In this document: positions 54,977-64,000 of the stretch, one piece after another
Layout: every line of letters starts with the position of its first letter
Position numbering within the stretch: the stretch's first letter is position 1
The notes under the pieces: model-generated
Database searches by the model: none
The model's input: only the letters and a program-made list of their open reading frames with translations
Told to the model about the DNA's origin: nothing
Assembly: GCA_013239625.1 (NCBI GenBank)
Contig: MU054187.1
Coordinates: 16,074,941 to 16,138,940 of the forward strand
Direction of reading: 5' to 3'
DNA: 64,000 nt
Origin: Lama guanicoe
Lineage: Eukaryota
Program-made: the position numbers and the translations under genes

Positions 54977-55456
54977 TGTCGACTGACATAAATGCACAAC
55001 CTAAAAACTGAGAGTTATGTTTTATTTAGTGGACAATTCTGAGGACTCAGCCCAGGATGAGCCCCTCGGATAGCTCAGAGGGGCTGCTCCAAAGAGGTAG
55101 GGGAGGAGCTAGGACATACAGAGATTTACAGCAAAGACCAGGTAGTCGGAACATTAAAGATTACTTGTTAACTAAAGAATACCAGGCATCTCAAGTTAAA
55201 GAATTAGCACTTTTCTGTGTATAGGAGGAAGCAAACATTTGGGCTCATTGAATTCATTCCTTTGACAAGCACCTCGCTATCGAGGGCCAGTGTCCTGTCC
55301 TTTCTTGTTCTGAGTCCCCTCATGGCGCACCATTGTGAGTGGCTGCAGAGGCTGGGCTGCAGGCTTGTCTTCACTGGGGGGTGGCTGCAGCAGCTGATGA
55401 CTTGATGGCTTCAGCATTCTGTTTACTGGTATGGTTTGCAGTATTTTTTGTTCACA
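54977..55456 (-). mobile_element. Young ERV1-class solo LTR (MER41-like), 480 bp
   Basis: TG...CA ends; perfect 4-bp TSD gttc 54973-54976 / 55457-55460; antisense AATAAA at 55021; CpGs retained. Confidence 0.85.
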
Positions 55457-57049
55457 GTTCCATGGAAGTACCCAAAGTAATCCTATGACATATTCTGCAA
55501 GAAAGCACCCCCCTCAATTACAGCTATTGGCAAAATCTATCCCCATAACTCTTTGTATTTCATTAACAAAATTTCTTCAAGAATTTGATACTTCCACCAA
55601 CTGTATTCATTCTGGATAAAAGGAAAGGGCTAAAGGACCTTAACATTTATTTCTTGGGCAATAAACACAGCAAGTTTCTCTTCAGAATATTCTTCCTTAA
55701 TTTTGGTAACAAATTTCCGTAGTCTACTTTGTAATTCAAAGTCTTCTTGGAGAATTTCACTTTAGAAACTCTAGAAAAATTCTGAAACACCATTAATTAA
55801 GAAATTGGCTTTCAAAGTAAGCTGTTTTTGAATTTTTTATGCCTGTTCTACCCCACATGATGGTTCCCATTAATTCACACATGATATTAAACAGCTGTTT
55901 CATAAAATTCAATATCTTAATAGCAACTAAGACAGATTACACCCAAAATAGAATCAGTCCAAGGTATTATATTAGGGGCAACACCCTGGCTTCAGAATGA
56001 AGTGGATGAGAAAGTTCTTGGCCGCCTGACAAGACTCCATATGCTACTAAATATGCAAAACGAGATTGGGGGATTTTGTGTCTTGCATCTGTAGGCAGTG
56101 GTGATTCAGGAATATTTAGCACTAATGAAGAACATCAGACCAGTTCAGGTCAATTAGCATTTATCTTTCATCCTTCACAGAGCCCTTCTATCATGCCTCA
56201 TTCAGCATTAAATCTAAGCATGTACTATTAGGAATAAAAGTGGAACTCAAATTTCCTATCCTTGGAAAAAATTGGCAGCTAAACACCAGCTTTCTGCATT
56301 GATTTGTCAACATCATCAGTGTGTTTACTTTACAATGGCACCAACTTTTCCTGTTTAAAAAGATATTTCCACATTTTAAATATGATATTTATATGTGATA
56401 ATATTTAATTCATAAAGCAAGATATTAATATCTCAAAGTCCCAACCAAGGAAATAAAAGACATAGTCTTAATTTTCTACCCTAATTCCTCAACTAATATT
56501 CTAAAATATTATGAGTGTAAAACAGTGTTTTTAAGATCAGAGTCTATATAATTATTTAAGTTGTTATATTTGTGTCTTATTTTATGGACTTAAACTATTC
56601 TTCGTGGAAAAAAATTATGTTTAGCATTTTCTAAAAGTAGAAAATCTTTCCTGTTTGAGTAGTGTGAGTAAAAACCAAAAACGTTTGTGTAACTATATTA
56701 TTTTTTATTTCCAAACTCCTTTTTTATGTCTATTTGAATAAAGAATTAAATATTTTATGAAGGTACTTTGTTCTTTAGATTCTGTGTAATGTTCTCTTTT
56801 CCAGATCTTCGTGTACTTTTGTGAACAAGAAACTCAAATGCCTAGAAACTCGTCAAAGGTAGAGTTGCAGTAATTGGATGATTTGATTCATTATTTACTT
56901 CATTTATTCATTCTTTACATATCGCTGAGAACTTACTATTCATTTTACAATGTAAGAAATGCTCTCCCTTGCACCGTGTAAGTCAAACCAAAGTGTTAGC
57001 TTTTCAGAAAATTTTATAATATACTTTTAGTTGTATTCTTTGTTGGGAC

Positions 57050-57240
57050 AGTGGAGGGGTTACCTTCCTCAACTCCTTTACTTAGTAGAGGTGTGACTTT
57101 GGGTGTGTGGATAACTTACTGAGCCTCAGTTCTCTTACCGAATTGCTGTGAGGATTTACGAGATGACATATAGGAAAGTACTATTACAGTTTAAAACTAA
57201 ACATGGAAACTATTATTGTTGTTACTGCTATTATTACTAG
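57050..57240 (+). mobile_element. MIR
   Basis: tacttagtagaggtgtgactttggg...tgagcctcagttctc...ttgctgtgaggatttacgagatga. Confidence 0.7.
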
Positions 57241-59561
57241 ATTGTTATACTCAGTCAGAATTACTATTGTCACTATTAATGTCACCATGATATGCTCAAA
57301 GGTTTTGTGTATTGAAAAAAAAATGCCTGGTAAGTGTTAAGAGGAAAGAGAAAAGATGGCAGGAGAGTACACAGAATTTATTTTCGTAGTGATCAGTTTT
57401 TCCAAGAGATGGTACTAATAGTTTGTTCTTTGTTGTTAATTTCCACATTAATGGTATGACATGCACATTATTTTAAAGCAAAGAGAAGTAATAATTTACA
57501 TTTTACGATTTAGGTAGCTTATTTTATATTCTTCATGTTTCATGTTCAGTGCCCTTCTTGACAATGACAATGTATTTTTCCTCTGGGAATTACATTACAT
57601 CAGAACATTATGCAATACTGTGGACAATATTGTGCATAATTTGAAGGAGTTAGAATACCAATACTGAATTCAGACCTATTTGTCTTCAACTGTTAAGAAA
57701 GCCAAAGTGATACACTGGAAGTCTAGGAGACAGCAATGGTTGTAGGTATGAGGAAAAGCTTCAGTCATTTTTAAAAGATTATACCTTTACATTTGCTAAT
57801 TCATTAATACACTTCAGTCTTTCATTCTTTTTATCTTGAAAAAAAAAAAGGGTCTACTTATTCTCAACCAGAAGATGTCATTCAAGCTCCTTTTATCATT
57901 GAGTTGGGTAGGTTAAAATGATCTGTTCTAACCCACTTTAAAATATGTGTTATTGTCTAGGCCAGAGAATTTTCCCCTCATTATCACCTCATAAAACAAC
58001 TATGAGAGGAGACTAGACTTCTTACCCTAATGCAGTTGTAATGAAGTGAAAGTTTTCTGGTTTGCTTTGGATTCTTCCTCATAGAATTTTGCAGCCCAAG
58101 CCAGAACATACCTTGGCTCCTGTATTAGTGCATTTTTTTTTCCCTTCCCCAGAAATTAGAGGTTAGAGACTAGAGAGCTTAAATGAAAACAAAGAATTCT
58201 TAAACACTTTATGGTTAGTCATTTACTGTGAAAATTAATGCAAATCACAAAAAGAAAAATCACTGTTGGGTTTCAAGAAATCATCATAATACTGAGTGCT
58301 GATTAACGTGTCAGAGGGCATGAACGGAAGCTCTGTCACCTTCAGTGGGTAGTAGATTCTCAAAATCAGAGAAACCGTGTCCACAAATACGTGTGTAAAT
58401 TGGTGACGTTTTAGGGAACTAGAAACTATTGAAAAGAGACATTGAATATTTGTGTTGTAAAATCTACATCTATCTTATTCTAAATTATACTAATTGAAAA
58501 TCATTACCCCCACTAAAGAATTCTAATTGGCAGTAGTGAAGTTTTCATTGGTCTTACCCTAGAATCTTATATCAATACCCCAGTCTAAAAAGTCATATGA
58601 GTTAATCATAATCTCTACTGAATATTAAGAAAGAGAGGGAAGCAACTCTTAAAAAGAGTCATGCTCCTCTACTTCACGCACTAGCAATTTCTATAGTACG
58701 GGTTTTATAAACATGCTCCTTCACTATTCATGGAAAAATTCTGCTTCTTTAATAACTACCACATTATGAGCTGCTGAAGTCTTTCTTAAAAAACCACACA
58801 ACCGCACACTAATGTAGCATATAAACTATGATTTTTAGAGTTATTTCACAGAACAACTTGTACAATAGTGAATACACATACTTTTCTAATTTGTGAAATT
58901 TAAAGAAAGGTTTGGCTGGACAAAATTAGGAACCAGCTTATTCTTTATTTTATCATTTCCATATCAATATTTTGGAAACAAATGGAAAAAGCAAAATGGA
59001 ACAGTAGCCAAGAAGGGTGGGGTATTTTAACTTCACATTTTCTTGCTTTCTCTGGGGAAAATGCCGTAGATAAATTTTCTTTTTGTCTTCCTGAGTAAAC
59101 GCCACTTTATCTTGGAAGATCCTTATAAGCTCTAAAAGAACTTACGGTGTCTATTTTCCTAACTTAAGTTTACAAACACATTAAATATATATTGTGTTTC
59201 AATGCTGAATATAATTTATGAATTAAGACAATGTTAAATTTTTGTGAAGATTTCCAAAGGCTATATATATTTGAATATTGTCCTCTAAGGAGAAAAAATT
59301 ACTGTCTACATGTCAAATTCAATATAGTTTCTGAATGAGTGGCAAGCTTAATATTGGATCAGAATATTCTGCCTAATTTGAAAGGAAGAAAAGTGGATAT
59401 AAGGAATTCTTCTCGTCTCTGGTATTTTTTTTTTTTACCATTTAAAAAACAATTCTTTTATTAAAGTGTTGATTTACAATGTTAGTTTCAGGTGTACAGC
59501 CAAGTAATTCAGTTGTACATATGTATATTTTTTTCTTTTCAGATGCTTTTACATTATATGG

Positions 59562-59985
59562 TTTTTTTTACATTTTTTATTGATTCATAATCATTTTACA
59601 GTATTGTGTCAAATTCCAGTGTTCAGCACAATTTTTCAGTCATTCATGGACATATACACACTCATTGTCACATTTTTTCTCTGTGATTTATCATAACATT
59701 TTGTGTATATTTCCCTGTGCTATACAGTATAATCTTGTTTATCTATTCTACAGTTTTGAAATCCCATCTATCCCTTCCCACCCTCTACCCGCCCCCCCCC
59801 CCGGGTAACCACAAGTCTGTATTCTCTGTCCATGAGTCTATTTCTGTCCTGTATATATGCTTTGTTTTTGTTTGTTTGTTTGTTTTTGTTTTTTAGATTC
59901 CACATATGAGCGATCTCATATGGTATTTTTCTTTCTCTTTCTGGCTTACTTCACTTAGAATGACATTCTCTAGGAGCATCCATGT
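59562..59985 (-). mobile_element. Young camelid-type L1 (ORF2 tail plus 3' UTR); insertion extends to 59427 by 3' transduction
   Basis: Reverse complement closely matches 40157-40558; perfect TSD tcgtctctggtatt 59413-59426 / 59986-59999. Confidence 0.93.
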
Positions 59986-60594
59986 TCGTCTCTGGTATTA
60001 TAAAGCTTTAGAAAGGAAAACACACCATAATTGATAAAATTGCTCACGGACACAAGCAGAAGGTGTTTGTTATGTAATATTTGTGCGTGCTGGGGAATCA
60101 GTCTAAATATGTGGGTAAAATAAAGCCGTCCGAGATGCAGGACCTGGCCATGAAATCAAGTATCATCGGTTGTATTTGGAGAGCTAGCAGTGGCAGCCTA
60201 CTGGAGAGTTGAAATATGTAAAATATTATAAAATATGTAAAATCATTATTTTTAATAAATGTGGTTAAATATTGGTAATTTCTTTTTGTTCAACCTTACG
60301 TCTATGCTTGAGAACTAAAATTCTCATAGGCGATCTCTTCACTGGGTAAAAGAAAAACCAGAGGGAGGACACTTTTAAATGAAATACCATTAAGAGTGAA
60401 AAGTCTAAGGGGAAAAAAAGCTCTAGCACGATAGTATATTTAAGAAAGAGAAAGGTACCAAGCAACACTGATTTATGAAGATATCTTTATGGAGGATATT
60501 CATCCACCTTAGTGTGGCAGGGGAACAAACCATTAGAAAAAAATATTCATGAACAATTATATTTTTACGGGATAATAATTGATTTCATGGTTAT

Positions 60595-60790
60595 TCACTG
60601 AGCCATTCGTTTATTCTTTCATTTGCTCAACAGATATTTACTGAGGTTCCTCTGTGTATTAGGAGCAGTGAAAGGTGCTAGAGATGTACTTGGAAACAGG
60701 ACACAATGTTCTATCATATTCTGGGTGGTAACTCACGTTAGGAAACAAAAATTATAGTACAGTGTGCAAATGTTGTAGGCAAGTATTAAA
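60595..60790 (-). mobile_element. L2 3' fragment
   Basis: cattcgtttattctttcatttgctcaacagatatttactgaggttcctctgtgtattagg...ggtgctagagat. Confidence 0.7.
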
Positions 60791-61964
60791 CTCTCTCCCT
60801 CCCTTCCTTGATGGCTTGTAAAGCTCAAAACCCTTCCAGTTGCAATAAAAAGCAACTGATGAATCTTACTCATGATTTTGATTAAATTTTTATACACTAA
60901 TTGTCTCTTTGCCCAAATTTGCTTACCTATTTATTTTCACTAGTCTATCATTTTGGAATAAGGGAGTAAGCAAACAAAGAAACGAACAAATAAATACTAG
61001 GAAATAGCCCTAGTATAAATAGATGTTATTATGCTCTAAGAATCAGTTACTTTTCTCGTCTAAAAGAAACTGTTATTTTGAAAGATGGCCAAATAAAGTA
61101 GAAAAAATGCAAAGCTTGAAGTCATAGGGCTGGAATCACACTTGTGAAATGTTGCAAGTCAATTATCCTTCGTGGGGACAGCAGTGGTAGTTGTTATGAA
61201 GACGAGATGAGGTGATGCCTCACATTGTGGCTGGTACACGGGAGGCCTTCAGTAATGCTTGAATCTGATTCTGTGATGCCTAGATTTACATAATTGTGGG
61301 AGGACCTTAAGATTTTCTGCTGTTAGAATCACTATTTGGCGGTCTTACCTACTTATTTAGATTGTGATCTACGTCTCTATTTCACTCACTGAACTGTTTT
61401 CCAGGCATCAAAAGAATTGAAAGTACTCCCAAATCTCCAATAAAATAACTCATTTCATCTCACTATTAAGACAGTCACTCAGGATCTCTGACAAATGTGC
61501 ACCCTACAACTGTCTTGGATGTGACCAGGCATGACCTACTCATGGCCCCAATATGAATACCTTCCCACATTAGGAGACTGACTTGCTTCCCCTTAGTCTC
61601 AGTCATCATTCCTAATTTTCTGTGTGGAGAACCCAATTACCTAAATTTACTCTAGTTAGAAGATCAACTATCTAATCGGTTGATAAAGAAACAAAACTAT
61701 GTTTAACTTAAGATAATTTATAATAAATGTGTGTGATAACAATTGGTAGGCAAGGTCACTGTTCTAGTACTATTCTTATGCCCATAATTGTAATTATTTT
61801 ATTATTGCTTGGATCTAGGGCTAAGTAACATATTGAGCTTTATCATAATTATTTCCCTGCAGACATTCTCCTCAATTGCATCTACCAATAAAAATTCTTA
61901 CTCTGGATGAAGTTAGAAAATATTTTATTTGATCTCTCTCATAGATAAGCACCTTCCTGTCTAC

Positions 61965-62680
61965 TTAACCAAACAGAAACAGGTATTGTGTAGGCTTGCA
62001 TTTTAAAGACTGAGAACGTCTGCTATTGCACTTGCTTCCTATTTTTCTTATTCTCTCTAAATATGGTAGTGCCCCTCCTGCTGAAGCTGCACCTTCTGCT
62101 CCCTCAGGTGGCAATGTGGCATGTGAAGGTGGTTTCTTTTTTGGTGGTGGTGTTAATTGTTCCGGTCTGGCTTTAGGATCTGTTCCGATTTTACGTATGA
62201 TCTTTCCTCTTTCAAACTTTCAAGCACTTCTGAGGGCAACTTTGGGAGATCTGATTTTTGGCAGGATTAATGTAAATATCATTTACATTGACGGCATTCT
62301 TTCCTTTGTCTTTTTCCTATGGGACAGTGCTAGAAGCTGTGTAGCACTCCTCCAACACCTTTATATTTTGGTTTGTTTTTTAAGGAATTTCTAATACATT
62401 TCTAAGTTAGCTGTTTAGCATTCAGGTTTTACTGAAAGCAAAGTTTTGTCAGAAATTTGTTATAAACGTACATTTTTGTAATTTCCACTAGTCACAAATA
62501 TTTGCAAAATGGATATTCGTTTCTCTTGAATTTGATGTATTATGGTACTGAAACTATTGACTCTGTTTGTTAACACAGGTTAATATTCCTTCTCCTTGCC
62601 TCACTTGATTTCCTATCCTATTTGTTTTTCTGCCATATTTTGAAGTCTTTATCCAGTGTTGGGTGAACTCAAATGCACTT
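61965..62680 (-). other. Unidentified decayed coding-like segment (possible pseudogene fragment)
   Basis: Overlapping open frames on both strands (62026-62394 plus; 62219-61965 minus) share codon third positions, mostly A/T; stops upstream on minus; no repeat recognised. Confidence 0.3.
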
Positions 62681-62850
62681 TTTTTTTAAAATCCTGACTC
62701 TAGGGTTGTATGTATTTATGGGGAAAAAAAAGTATTTAAAATGGTTACGCTCTACACTAACCAATCATAATTAGATTCTAAAAGCTACTCTGTAATCTTT
62801 TGCTCCTATTTTGCACTTAAGCTGTTTCAATCATCTTTCCTTAACATATA

Positions 62851-63152
62851 CAGTTGGCGCTCTGTATACATGAGTTCTGCATCCACAGGTTCAACCAACC
62901 GTGGATCAAAAATATTTGAGAAAAAAAAAGTTTCAAGACAGTTACAAAAAACAAAACTTGGTTTTGCTGTGGACAAACTATTTACGTAGCATTTATATTG
63001 TATTAGGTATTATAAGTGGAGATGATTTAAATAATAGGGGAGATTATATGCAAATACTACTGCTCCATTTTATATAAGGAACTTGAGCATCCTCAGATTT
63101 CAGTGTCTGTGGGGCATCCTGGACCCAAGTCCCTGCAGATACTGAGGGACTA
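62851..63152. mobile_element. MER2 (TcMar-Tigger) non-autonomous DNA transposon
   Basis: ta|cagttggcgctctgtatacatgagttctgcatccacaggttcaaccaaccgtggatcaaaaatatt ... gatactgagggacta|ta; TIR-like ends flanked by TA. Confidence 0.9.
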
Positions 63153-63539
63153 TATAGTGTTTCATATACCTCTGAGTAGATACCTTCAACACCTAATGTA
63201 CTGAAAATCTGGATGAGACTCTTTTCCCTATTATTCCCTGTTATTCAAATTCTTCTTGTATATAATCGCCATTATTTTTGTTCTTTTTCCTCCAATATTG
63301 AAGAAAGGAAAAAACACTTATTTTCAAGACAAGGGCTTCTATTTGTGAGATATTGATGCCATATTTTTTAGAGTCCTTCAAAATTATCCCCCTTGTCTAT
63401 CATATGTATTTATTCTACCCAAATTTTTTCCATCATTCTTCAAATATTTCAAATTTTCCTCATGCTAACACTTCCTATACCATGATTCACCCTTAATCTA
63501 TACCCCACTGGCTAATTTTCTGAATTCCTATCAGCATTA

Positions 63540-64000
63540 TTTAACATGTTTTAAACTTTCTCCTTTCAGTTACTCCTCTCACTTGCTTGCTGCAGATCTG
63601 CAATCTCGTGTATATTTCTAACTCTGATCTTTTTCTTTCACTTTCCCTCCCATCTTTGCCTCCCTTATGCACATTTTGATTTGGCAATTTCAAACAGTAG
63701 TCACCATTTCAACTTTCACTTCTGTACAAAAGACTGTGAAAACTTTGTCTCTAAGTGTGCCTTACTCCTAACTCTGTGTTTTGACTGCATTATGAAATGT
63801 TGCTCATGGGGAATCTGGAGAACTTTCAAGCTCTACGTGTCTCTCCTTCAAAACTGTCCTTCTTCCTTGTTTCCAGTCCTCAGGCATGACAACTCCCATT
63901 CTTTCCTTACACAGTTAATTCCTTGAAACCATTGGTTCTGCTTTTACAATATCTTTGCATCTATTTCTCAGTTTTTCATTAGTATAAGTTAAGTCCTTAT
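63540..64000 (+). mobile_element. Degenerate L2 fragment
   Basis: Pyrimidine-rich strand with actttcaagctc...ttccttgtttccagtc...ggttctgcttttacaatatctttgcatc. Confidence 0.45.

Noticed and set aside
62040..62370. Calling an endogenous bornavirus-like N element
   Set aside because: Only two short resemblances in different frames, with inconsistent spacing and no match upstream; not supportable without a search.
62026..62394. 122-aa plus-strand ORF as a real gene
   Set aside because: Starts at TTG, no promoter or splice support, no recognised domain; kept only as part of the coding-like island finding.

Overview
AT-rich, CpG-poor mammalian genomic DNA, either intergenic or deep-intronic. I found no intact protein-coding gene, RNA gene or CpG island. 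The host is probably a camelid (inference): three young LINE-1 copies have a 3' UTR I recognise as the camelid L1 type, and I saw no Alu, B1/B2, Bov-tA/BovB, PRE-1 or Can-SINE. Much of the window is old eutherian repeats (L1M, L2, MIR, MLT1, LTR16, MER74, MER110-like, MER5, MER2), plus one young ERV1-type solo LTR, microsatellites and a 446-N assembly gap inside an L1. Repeat family names come from my recollection of consensus sequences, not from a search. Highlights: (1) two of the three young L1 insertions carry 3' transductions bounded by target-site duplications (TSDs), each ending at an AATAAA in the borrowed DNA; (2) a dense TCF/LEF plus SOX motif cluster near 48.3-48.8 kb and a motif-rich, repeat-free block near 1.7-2.5 kb, both enhancer candidates; (3) an unidentified, decayed coding-like island near 62.0-62.7 kb. 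I cannot support a wholly new biological system from sequence alone.
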